Shown piece after piece: positions 8,045 through 15,252 of a stretch of DNA of 29,038 nt. The stretch comes from Minisyncoccota bacterium. GTDB taxonomy: Bacteria > Patescibacteriota > Minisyncoccia > Phycocordibacterales > UBA9973. A program made the translations under genes and the position numbers. The stretch is from assembly GCA_041664605.1 (NCBI GenBank), contig JBAYKO010000009.1:1-29038 (forward strand), written 5' to 3'. Under the pieces are notes generated by a model. It did not search any database and was not told the origin of the DNA. It saw only the letters and a list, made by a program, of their open reading frames with translations. How positions within the stretch are numbered: position 1 is the first letter of the stretch; every line of letters starts with the position of its first letter.

Positions 8045-8078
8045 TTTTCTGCTGACAAAATATCGCTCCGCCTCGGAC
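8045..8078 (+). repeat. GC-rich roughly 33-nt intergenic repeat, copy 3
   Basis: See copies 1 and 2. Confidence 0.5.
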
Positions 8079-8083
8079 AAGCT

Positions 8084-8110
8084 AAAAATCTCCCGAAGGG
8101 GAGATTTTTT
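8084..8110. terminator. hairpin/terminator immediately 3' of tRNA-Lys
   Basis: AAAAATCTCCC-GAAG-GGGAGATTTTT: perfect stem with A/T runs on both sides. Confidence 0.6.
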
Positions 8111-8117
8111 ACGCTTG

Positions 8118-8190
8118 TCCGCCCAGTAGGAGTCGAACCTACGACCATTTGCTTAAGAGGCAACTGCTCTACCAACTGAGCTATGGGCGG
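8118..8190 (-). tRNA. tRNA-Lys (anticodon CUU)
   Basis: The reverse complement gives acceptor CCGCCCA/UGGGCGG, D-arm GCUCAGUUGGUAGAGC, anticodon loop CUCUUAA, T-arm GTAGGTTCGACTCCTAC; 73 nt. Confidence 0.85.
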
Positions 8191-8235
8191 ATAATTTTTA
8201 TTTAATTTTGAAATACTTTTTAATTTTTTCTTTTA

Positions 8236-8347
8236 ACTTTCGACCTACCAAGACAGCGTATGGGAGGATTTTTTTATTAAATTTTCTAAATTACTTATAT
8301 TTTTTATCTAGACTTTCGACCTACCAAAACAGCATATGGGCGGATAA
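8236..8347 (-). repeat. two degenerate tandem copies (period about 77 bp) of the tRNA-Lys 5' end plus its upstream flank
   Basis: CGACCTACCAAGACAGCGTATGGGAGGAT and CGACCTACCAAAACAGCATATGGGCGGATAAT resemble CTACCAACTGAGCTATGGGCGGATAAT of the genuine tRNA 5' end. The flanking AT-rich sequence is also similar. Confidence 0.6.
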
Positions 8348-8397
8348 TAAAAAAATTTTTAAAAATTATAAAAAAGATTTTTATATAAATCTTTTTG

Positions 8398-8479
8398 TGC
8401 CTGAGGAGGGGGTCGAACCCTCATCCCATTCGGGACACGATTTTAAGTCGTGCGCGTATACCAATTCCGCCACTCAGGC
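8398..8479 (-). tRNA. tRNA-Leu (anticodon UAA), type II
   Basis: The reverse complement gives acceptor GCCUGAG/CUCAGGC, anticodon loop CUUAAAA, long variable arm, T-loop TTCGACC; 82 nt. Confidence 0.85.
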
Positions 8480-8505
8480 AAATATTTTTCGCAAATTATT
8501 GCGAG

Positions 8506-8577
8506 AGGCCTGGGTGGGAATTGAACCCACGTATAAGAGTTTTGCAGACTCTTGCCTTACCACTTGGCGACCAGGCC
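8506..8577 (-). tRNA. tRNA-Cys (anticodon GCA)
   Basis: The reverse complement gives acceptor GGCCUGG/CCAGGCC, discriminator U (typical for Cys), anticodon loop CUGCAAA, T-loop TTCAATT; 72 nt. Confidence 0.85.
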
Positions 8578-8590
8578 TTCAAATTCTATT

Positions 8591-8914
8591 TTAATGTTGA
8601 TTTAATAACCAGTCAATTCTTTGTCTATTTTTTTCCCCTAAATCAATTTCAAAATCTAAAAAGGGGACCGTTCTTGTTGTCATATGTTTTTTTAAAAAAT
8701 CTTTTGCATCACTTCTTTTTCTTTTAACAAAATCAAGGACAGCACTTTCTTTGTCTTCTGGAAACACCGTAATAAATACTGTAGCATTTTTTAAATCTCT
8801 TGAAACCTCACAATTGGTAACAGTGATTAAAGAGGTTTTGTTTGTTTCTGATTCTAGAAAAGTTGCAACAAGATGTTTTATTAAATTATTTATTTTTTCT
8901 TGCCTTAAGGTCAT
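8591..8914 (-). CDS. rbfA: ribosome-binding factor A
   Basis: 107 aa with the RbfA-typical core (LITVTNCEVSRDLKNATVFITVF) and position immediately downstream of infB. Confidence 0.8.
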   Translation of the reverse strand: MTLRQEKINNLIKHLVATFLESETNKTSLITVTNCEVSRDLKNATVFITVFPEDKESAVLDFVKRKRSDAKDFLKKHMTTRTVPFLDFEIDLGEKNRQRIDWLLNQH

Positions 8915-8919
8915 TTTTT

Positions 8920-10446
8920 TTATTTTTCTACCATTATAAAAGCTTCAATAATATCACCTGGAGCAATTTCTGCTTTTGAATCTATCATCATTCCAAATTC
9001 ATTTCCTTCTAAAACATCTTTTGATTTTACTTTGTTTTGTTGGATTTCGGAAATCTTTCCTTTTCCAATCTCAAACTCTCTTCTTGATATTTTTACATTT
9101 TCATCTAATGAGATTTTTCCCTCTAAAACTTTTCCTCCAACAACTTGTCTGTCTTTTACTCTACTAAAAAATCTTATAATCTTCGCCTTACCCGTGATTT
9201 CCTCAATTTGTTTTCTTGGTCTTCTTTTTTCTAATTCTTCTTCTAACCAATCAGAAATTTTATAAATTATATCAAAACTTTTTATCATAATACCAAGACT
9301 CTCTCCTAGCTCTATTGCGCTTCTCTCTGTTTTTACATTAAAACCCAAAATAATAGACTCTTTATCTCCTCCTGCTGATTTTACATCGGATTCACTTATT
9401 GCCCCAACTCCTTTCCCAATTATTTTTACAAAAACATTTTCTTTTTTTATTTTTGAAATTTCTTTTTCAATTGCCTCTATTGTTCCTGCTACATCAGTTT
9501 TTATAACAACGGGTATTATTTTTGTTTCGTCGGTTATTTCTTCCATATCAGAAATTCTTTCTGTTTTTTGTTTGGTTTTCTTTTCTTCGTTTTCTGCAAC
9601 CATCTTTTCAGCTTCTTTTTTATTTTCGAAAGTTTGGAATATTTCTCCAACTATTGGCATCTTATTAAAACCTATAATTTTGACAGGGGAGGAAAAACTA
9701 AGTTCATCAACATCTTTACCAAGAAAATCTTCCATTATTCTAGTTCCAGCTATAACTTCATCTACTACTACAAACATGCCCTTTTTTATTGTTCCATCTT
9801 TAATTACCATAGTTGCAGAAACACCCCTTTTTGTATCTAGGTTGGACTCTATTACGACTCCTGTAGCATTTTTACTTTTGTCTCCTGTAAAGCTTTCAAG
9901 TTCGGCAACAAGTAATATTATTTCAAGTAAATTATCAACACCGGTGCCAACTTTAGCAGATATTTCAGCATAGGGGACTTGTCCACCAAAACCTTCTAAG
10001 TAAATTTCTTTTTCCAATAAATCAATTTTAGTCTTTTCAACATTAGATCCCGGTTTATCAATTTTATTAATTGCAACAACAAAAGGAATTTTTGCTTCAA
10101 GAATTGTGTTATAAGCTTCCACTGTTTGAGCCTTAACACTATCTTCCGCGGAAACGACTAAAACTGCTATATCAGCGACTATCGCTCCACGCTCTCTCAT
10201 ATGAGAGAAGGCTTCATGTCCTGGTGTATCTAAAAAAGTTATTTTTTTATTTACTCCTTCCTTATCTTTATGTAAAACTTCATAAGCAGAAATATGCTGA
10301 GTTATTCCGCCAACTTCCTTATCAACCATATTTGTTTTTCTAATGTAATCAAGTAGGGTTGATTTGCCATGGTCAATATGACCCATTATTACAACAACAG
10401 GTGGACGGGATACAATATTAGATTTTTCATTTTCAGATAATTTCAT
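8920..10446 (-). CDS. infB: translation initiation factor IF-2 (short form lacking the long N-terminal region)
   Basis: G-domain motifs GHIDHGKST (G1), DTPGHEAF (G3), NKID (G4), then IF-2 beta-barrel and C-terminal domains. At 508 aa it is shorter than typical bacterial IF-2. Confidence 0.9.
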   Translation of the reverse strand: MKLSENEKSNIVSRPPVVVIMGHIDHGKSTLLDYIRKTNMVDKEVGGITQHISAYEVLHKDKEGVNKKITFLDTPGHEAFSHMRERGAIVADIAVLVVSAEDSVKAQTVEAYNTILEAKIPFVVAINKIDKPGSNVEKTKIDLLEKEIYLEGFGGQVPYAEISAKVGTGVDNLLEIILLVAELESFTGDKSKNATGVVIESNLDTKRGVSATMVIKDGTIKKGMFVVVDEVIAGTRIMEDFLGKDVDELSFSSPVKIIGFNKMPIVGEIFQTFENKKEAEKMVAENEEKKTKQKTERISDMEEITDETKIIPVVIKTDVAGTIEAIEKEISKIKKENVFVKIIGKGVGAISESDVKSAGGDKESIILGFNVKTERSAIELGESLGIMIKSFDIIYKISDWLEEELEKRRPRKQIEEITGKAKIIRFFSRVKDRQVVGGKVLEGKISLDENVKISRREFEIGKGKISEIQQNKVKSKDVLEGNEFGMMIDSKAEIAPGDIIEAFIMVEK

Positions 10447-10472
10447 TGTTGTATATTTTAATTTTTTACCTT

Positions 10473-10514
10473 TCGCAACATTTTGTTATTTTGCAAAATG
10501 ACAAAATGTTGCGA
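10473..10514 (-). promoter_or_regulatory. perfect 14-bp hairpin in the DUF4446-infB intergenic region, 27 nt upstream of the infB start
   Basis: TCGCAACATTTTGT-(14-nt loop containing palindrome TTTTGCAAAA)-ACAAAATGTTGCGA. Confidence 0.5.
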
Positions 10515-10552
10515 TTTCTTATTCTTAATTCATACTTCATAATTCTTACTTC

Positions 10553-11008
10553 CTATTTGATTTCTGCTTTTTCAATCGATCTTTTTTCTTCCTCTGTTAA
10601 TTCGTATTCTGATTTTTTATTTTTTAATGGTTTCGCAAAAACACTAACTCTGTCTCTTGAATATAAAGAAGAAAGTACAACGCCGTCTCCTTCTTCATTT
10701 ATAAAAGTAATTGCAAAACTTTGGTTTCCACCTGAATCTTTAAACGGATTGAATCTTATTGTCTCAACTCCTCTTATACTTTTTTTTAATTTATTGTCGA
10801 TATCACCTAGTTTTATTTCTATTTCATTTTTTGAATTTTGTAATGCTTTTAATTGTTCAGAAATAAATAGAAGTGTTTCTTCTAAGTCTTTTGCTTTTTT
10901 ACCCATGAAAAATTTTTTGATTCTTTTCTCTGTTTTGATAATCCAAACGATAATAAGAATAATAAAAAAGGCAATTACATATATAACAATTTGGTCAAAA
11001 TTTGGCAT
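10553..11008 (-). CDS. DUF4446-like small membrane-anchored protein
   Basis: N-terminal TM, then a region RFNPFKDSGGNQSFAITFINEEGDGVVLSSLYSRDRVSVFAKP that matches my recollection of the DUF4446 conserved core. Family assignment is from memory. Confidence 0.5.
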   Translation of the reverse strand: MPNFDQIVIYVIAFFIILIIVWIIKTEKRIKKFFMGKKAKDLEETLLFISEQLKALQNSKNEIEIKLGDIDNKLKKSIRGVETIRFNPFKDSGGNQSFAITFINEEGDGVVLSSLYSRDRVSVFAKPLKNKKSEYELTEEEKRSIEKAEIK

Positions 11009-11055
11009 AATAGCAAATTAACTAGTTTAGTTTTGAAAATTAGTGATAAAAGTGT

Positions 11056-11088
11056 ATATTTCTATTGACTTAAGACAAATAGAAATAT
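11056..11088. promoter_or_regulatory. near-perfect 33-bp palindrome (11-bp arms) overlapping a TTGACT -35-like hexamer in the divergent promoter region
   Basis: ATATTTCTATT-GACTTAAGACA-AATAGAAATAT, centred on CTTAAG. It lies between divergent genes at 11008 (-) and 11130 (+). Confidence 0.4.
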
Positions 11089-11129
11089 TTGTTACGACAA
11101 GTAAAAATTATATAATATAAAAGGTTTTT

Positions 11130-12452
11130 TTGCAAAATATGACGAAAAAAGAAAATAACTCACGCCATGGCGGAGTAAAAAAAATATATTTTGATAATGC
11201 ATCAACTACACCGGTTGATTCTTCTGTTTTAAAAGAAATGAATAGATTTTGGTCACAAGATTTTTCAAATGCAGGGGCTATTCATAGTGGGGGCATTTTT
11301 GTGAAAAATGAAATAGAAAAATCTAGAAAAAAAATAGCTTCAATTTTAAATTGTCATCCTAATGAAATAATTTTTACAAGTGGGGGAACAGAAAGTGATA
11401 ATTTAGCGTTGTTTGGTGTTGTAAATAATTTTTTAGAAGATAAAAAAAATATAACCCATTCGGCTTCGCTCAGGGCAGGTAAAAAACCAAATATTATTGT
11501 AAGCAACATTGAACATCCGGCGATTTTAGAATCTTGTAAAGCTTTGGAAAAGAGGGGAATTGAAATTATTTATATTCCTGTAGAAAAAAATGGAGTTATT
11601 GATCCTAATTTAATAAAAAAGAAATTAAACAAAAATACAATTTTAGTTTCTGTAATGTATGTAAATAATGAAATCGGTACAATTCAACCAATTCAAGAAA
11701 TTGCAAAAACTATTCGTCATTTCAAAAAAGTCGGGAAAAGGTGCGGCCTTAAATCTAGGGAAAGGTCGTTCCTTGAGGAGACTTTTCATTATCCCATTTT
11801 TCATACCGATGCTTGTCAGGCAATAAATTATCTTCCTGTTAAGGTTGATAAATTGGGGATTGATATGATGACTTTTAATGGGTCAAAAATTTATGGACCA
11901 AAAGGAATTGGAGTTTTGTACAAAAAAAGAAATATTCCAATAAATCCAATTATCTATGGTGGCGGGCAAGAATTTGGATTGAGATCTGGAACAGAATTTG
12001 TTTCAGGAATTCTTGGATTATCTAAAGCACTTGAAATTACTGAAAAAATTAAAGAAAAAGAATCAAAAAGGCTTTCTGTTTTGCGCGATTATTTTATTAA
12101 AAAAATTAAAACTAATTTTCCTAACGTTATAATAAATGGTGATCTAGAGAAGAGGCTTCCAAATAATGTAAATATTTCAATATCAGAAATAGAAAGCGAA
12201 CTTTTAATTTTAGAATTAGATGCGAAGGGGATAATGGTTTCTGAAAAAAGTGCTTGTCAAAGCAGTGATCCCGAGGAATCATATGTTATCCAAGCTATAA
12301 GAGGAAAAGACCAACACCAGGGCGGGGTAGGTAAAAAAACAGAAAATAGTGTCAGATTTAGTTTAGGTAGATCAACTACAAAAAAAGAAATTGATTATGT
12401 TTTAAAATCTTTGAAATCTATCTTAGAAAAGTTAAATAAATGGAAGTATTAA
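11130..12452 (+). CDS. cysteine desulfurase (class V aminotransferase, IscS/NifS family)
   Basis: PLP-fold motifs: FTSGGTESDN, a putative PLP-lysine in FNGSKIYGPKGIGVLY, and an active-site Cys loop SEKSACQSS. It also carries two lineage-specific insertions. Confidence 0.8.
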   Translation: MQNMTKKENNSRHGGVKKIYFDNASTTPVDSSVLKEMNRFWSQDFSNAGAIHSGGIFVKNEIEKSRKKIASILNCHPNEIIFTSGGTESDNLALFGVVNNFLEDKKNITHSASLRAGKKPNIIVSNIEHPAILESCKALEKRGIEIIYIPVEKNGVIDPNLIKKKLNKNTILVSVMYVNNEIGTIQPIQEIAKTIRHFKKVGKRCGLKSRERSFLEETFHYPIFHTDACQAINYLPVKVDKLGIDMMTFNGSKIYGPKGIGVLYKKRNIPINPIIYGGGQEFGLRSGTEFVSGILGLSKALEITEKIKEKESKRLSVLRDYFIKKIKTNFPNVIINGDLEKRLPNNVNISISEIESELLILELDAKGIMVSEKSACQSSDPEESYVIQAIRGKDQHQGGVGKKTENSVRFSLGRSTTKKEIDYVLKSLKSILEKLNKWKY

Positions 12453-12523
12453 GAACTAGCTTCTAGCTTCTAGGTGGTAGCTTGCCCCGCCATGGCGGGG
12501 GTTCTAGTAAAAAATAGAATATA

Positions 12524-12550
12524 AAATACAGAGGTTAAACCTCTGTATTT
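12524..12550 (+). terminator. intrinsic terminator of the cysteine desulfurase gene
   Basis: AAATACAGAGG-TTAAA-CCTCTGTATTT followed by TTAT. Confidence 0.65.
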
Positions 12551-12556
12551 TATATT

Positions 12557-12581
12557 AAAACCGCCTTTGTGGGGCGGTTTT
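12557..12581 (-). terminator. terminator hairpin repeat, copy A (AAAACCGCC-TTTGTGG-GGCGGTTTT)
   Basis: Lies directly 3' of the minus-strand gene 12587..12886. One of three near-identical copies. Confidence 0.7.
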
Positions 12582-12586
12582 GTTTT

Positions 12587-12886
12587 TTAGATAATTTCCC
12601 AGATTTCATCATCGGGATCTTCTACTCTTTTTGAAATGAATCTTAACCCATAACCAGTAATACCAAGAATCATAGAAATCCAGTCTCCAATAACGACAAA
12701 GTTTGCATGAATTTCTTTTCTGACTCTTCCGTCATTTTCAAATTTTCCCTTACTTCGTTCACAAATAAAATTTTCAAAATCCAAAGGTTTTCCATTTCTG
12801 GTTACCTTAATTGATTTTTTTTCAATGTTTATTATGAATAAATCTCCGACCATGATTGGCGTGCTTTTTTTACCTTGATCTCTCAT
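12587..12886 (-). CDS. hypothetical small protein (orphan cassette 1)
   Basis: 99-aa ORF with a sigma70-like upstream region and an intrinsic-terminator hairpin immediately downstream. No family recognised. Confidence 0.5.
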   Translation of the reverse strand: MRDQGKKSTPIMVGDLFIINIEKKSIKVTRNGKPLDFENFICERSKGKFENDGRVRKEIHANFVVIGDWISMILGITGYGLRFISKRVEDPDDEIWEII

Positions 12887-12964
12887 GTTTATATAATTAA
12901 ATAAAACTTCTATTTACAAGATAACACACTGTAAATTTTTTGTAAAGCGTTTTATAAAAAAAGT

Positions 12965-12989
12965 AAAACCGCCTTTATGGGGCGGTTTT
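12965..12989 (-). terminator. terminator hairpin repeat, copy B (AAAACCGCC-TTTATGG-GGCGGTTTT)
   Basis: Lies directly 3' of the minus-strand gene 13002..13571. Confidence 0.7.
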
Positions 12990-13001
12990 TTAAAAAAGAA
13001 A

Positions 13002-13571
13002 TTATTCTGGGAATTTTACCTTCTTCACCTTCAGAGCTTTTAGCAATTCTTCAATTTCTTCCATAGTCATAATTTTTGACCATGAGTTAGCGGTTTCAAT
13101 ATCTTTGGATTCTTCTATTAATTTCAATACATACTCCCATGGTGTATTAGTATTACCTCTTTCATGCCACATCGAATCTTCTATACTGATTGATGTTGAA
13201 TCACTAGCATCCCACATCCTTTGTTTTCTTAAAATGATATGGTTGATTAAATAAAATTCTTTAGCAATCTTCTTAAGAAAATCAAAAGATTTTTGTCGAT
13301 TCTGGTTCGAATGTGTACCCCAATCAGTTGCATTAATTCTGACAATAATATGATTTTTATTTTTGTATATTAATCTAAAAGAATAATCATTATTGCCAGA
13401 TATTTTCCAGCTTTTTCCAGTCCAATTTCCAAGAGGTAACCAATATTCGAGAAATTTTATCTTTCCTGTGGTTGTTTCTTCTTCCCAGAAATCTCCGGGT
13501 TTTTTAAAATCTTTTTTATAAGATTGGAAAAAATCGCTATAATCTGATGTTTCTACTTTGTAACTACTCAT
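13002..13571 (-). CDS. hypothetical Trp-rich protein (orphan cassette 2)
   Basis: 189-aa ORF followed by the same hairpin repeat as its two neighbours. A TTGACA-like element lies upstream. Confidence 0.55.
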   Translation of the reverse strand: MSSYKVETSDYSDFFQSYKKDFKKPGDFWEEETTTGKIKFLEYWLPLGNWTGKSWKISGNNDYSFRLIYKNKNHIIVRINATDWGTHSNQNRQKSFDFLKKIAKEFYLINHIILRKQRMWDASDSTSISIEDSMWHERGNTNTPWEYVLKLIEESKDIETANSWSKIMTMEEIEELLKALKVKKVKFPE

Positions 13572-13642
13572 GTTAAATTATTTTAATTTACTTTTCTGGC
13601 TATAGAATATCAGGAATACAATATTTGTCAAATAAATATTAT

Positions 13643-13667
13643 AAAACCGCCTTTATGGGGCGGTTTT
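13643..13667 (-). terminator. terminator hairpin repeat, copy C (identical to copy B)
   Basis: Lies directly 3' of the minus-strand gene 13683..14222. Confidence 0.7.
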
Positions 13668-13682
13668 AATACAAGAAACTTT

Positions 13683-14222
13683 TTATTCCGGAACCGAAGG
13701 AATATCAGGGCTTTTTATGTATTTGAGATATTTTAATATTATCTCATCGGCTTCTTGCCATACAATATCCCTCCTGTCAGATTCTTTAGTCAATGGTTCA
13801 ACCCCCAGGGCTCTGAAAGTTGTTTCTAAAGCGTCAGGAAGTTTATTGCTTTCTGATTGATTTACGCTCGTAATGAACATTAAACATTTGTTGTTTGACT
13901 GGAAACAAAAATGAAGGTTCACATAGTCCAGGCTACCATCATTAATTTTTGCAAAATCATTAATTACGGCAGTAAACTCATAACGCTCATATTCTTCATG
14001 TCCTCCCCATTGCCCAACTTTTAACCCTATTAAACTTGGTTCAAACTGAGTAAGTGTGCCATTTTCCAAAAGTTCCTCTATAAAGGGAGAAACTTCATCA
14101 ATTGTTAATCCAAAATTTTTATACCGAGCAATCCACCCGGCCAAATTTTTTAATCCTGTCTGATCATTAAGATCAACATTCGCCACTGGTACTGAAGGAA
14201 TATTTTCCTCATCTTTTCCCAT
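13683..14222 (-). CDS. hypothetical protein (orphan cassette 3), weak SUKH/SMI1-like flavour
   Basis: 179-aa ORF ending 15 nt before hairpin repeat copy C. The N-terminal segment GLTIDEVSPFIEELLENG loosely resembles the LPxDYxxFLxxxNG signature of SUKH-1 immunity proteins (weak). The N- and C-termini both encode IPSVP. Confidence 0.55.
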   Translation of the reverse strand: MGKDEENIPSVPVANVDLNDQTGLKNLAGWIARYKNFGLTIDEVSPFIEELLENGTLTQFEPSLIGLKVGQWGGHEEYERYEFTAVINDFAKINDGSLDYVNLHFCFQSNNKCLMFITSVNQSESNKLPDALETTFRALGVEPLTKESDRRDIVWQEADEIILKYLKYIKSPDIPSVPE

Positions 14223-14338
14223 ATAAAAAACATTTAAACTATCTAATTCTATTATAATGATTTTTGGATTTTTGTCAAATTTTTAATTCAGCGATTTGCT
14301 TTAAATTCTCTGTTTTATTATTATATATACATATTAAT

Positions 14339-14472
14339 CCCGTTAGAAATCAAACAGTTGATATTTCGGGATTAGCGTTAAAATAAGAAGATTATTAATA
14401 ATTTTACTAGACATTAAATAAACTACGGAAATTTTAAATAATTTCTATTTAAAATTTCCTATTTCTAATGGG
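14339..14472 (+). promoter_or_regulatory. long-range stem (12 bp incl. G-U) ending in GGG immediately before the HtrA-like gene ATG; copy B, sharing an 18-nt identical 3' motif with copy A
   Basis: CCCGTTAGAAAT (14339-14350) pairs with ATTTCTAATGGG (14461-14472). CTATTTCTAATGGGATGA is identical to 1072-1089. Confidence 0.5.
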
Positions 14473-15252
14473 ATGAAAATGGAAGAATTAACAAAAACTC
14501 AAATAGTGCTTCTGGTTATACTTGTTTCTTTTGTAACATCTATTGCAACGGGTATCACAACTGTAACCTTAATGAATCAAGCCCCTCCGGCTGTTTCCCA
14601 GACGATTAATCGTGTTATTCAGAAAACTATCGAAACCGTTACTCCAGGAAATAAAAACGATGTTAAAACTGTAATAGTTAAAGAAGAAGATTTAATTGTT
14701 GATGCAATAGATAAAAATAAGAAAAATCTTCTTTCTATAAAAAATACAGAAGATAAGTCAACTGCCGGTACTGGATTTTTGGTTTCAGAAAATGGTTTAA
14801 TGATTGGGGCTAGTCAAAATTTTTCAGACAAAGGGGATTATTATGTTTCTATTGGGGAAGAAACAATGAAAGTTAAATTAGTAAAAAGTAGTGATATAGG
14901 ATTTGCAATTTTACAAATAGTAATTCCAGAAACTTCAAAAACTAAAACATTCGAATTTTCAAACTTAATGGATTCAGAAACATTAAAAGTTGGGCAGAAT
15001 GTTATTGCTATCAATTCTTCAAATGTCACAATAGGAACATTTACTGGTTTTGGTGAAATAGAAATAGGTAAAGAAAAAATTAAAACAATAAACGATAACC
15101 TAAATCTAGGAAAATCTTATGGTGGATCTCCTGTGGTGGATACTAATGGTAATATTTTGGGAGTTGTCTTGCCTCAGGAAGAGGGAACAATAACAATCCC
15201 TTCTAATTATATAAAAGAAGCCATTGACTCATTAAATAAAATTACTATATAA
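14473..15252 (+). CDS. membrane-anchored trypsin-fold (HtrA/DegP-like, S1C) protein lacking catalytic His: probable pseudoprotease
   Basis: TM anchor, then S1C-like blocks GTGFLVSENGLMI, DIGFAILQI, LKVGQNVIAI, GGSPVVDTNGNILGVV. The protein contains no histidine at all (Q sits where the catalytic H is expected), and the GDSGGP motif is replaced by GKSYGGSP. There is no PDZ domain. Confidence 0.7.
   Translation: MKMEELTKTQIVLLVILVSFVTSIATGITTVTLMNQAPPAVSQTINRVIQKTIETVTPGNKNDVKTVIVKEEDLIVDAIDKNKKNLLSIKNTEDKSTAGTGFLVSENGLMIGASQNFSDKGDYYVSIGEETMKVKLVKSSDIGFAILQIVIPETSKTKTFEFSNLMDSETLKVGQNVIAINSSNVTIGTFTGFGEIEIGKEKIKTINDNLNLGKSYGGSPVVDTNGNILGVVLPQEEGTITIPSNYIKEAIDSLNKITI

Noticed and set aside
7472-8347. 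Integrated prophage/ICE at the tRNA cluster
   Set aside because: Direct repeats of tRNA ends exist, but the enclosed segments are under 120 bp and there is no integrase or any cargo gene. At most this is a scar, as reported in the findings.
7511-8727. ORF-track ORFs 7511..7711(-), 7521..7760(+), 7861..8055(+), 7967..8179(+), 8208..8594(+), 8395..8727(+)
   Set aside because: They overlap tRNA genes, tRNA-fragment duplicates and the GC-rich repeats. They have no start context and are products of repeat-rich non-coding DNA.
8976-11021. Plus-strand ORFs antisense to infB (8976.., 9032.., 9568.., 9572..) and to the DUF4446 gene (10446..11021)
   Set aside because: They are antisense to strongly supported conserved genes and have low-complexity translations.
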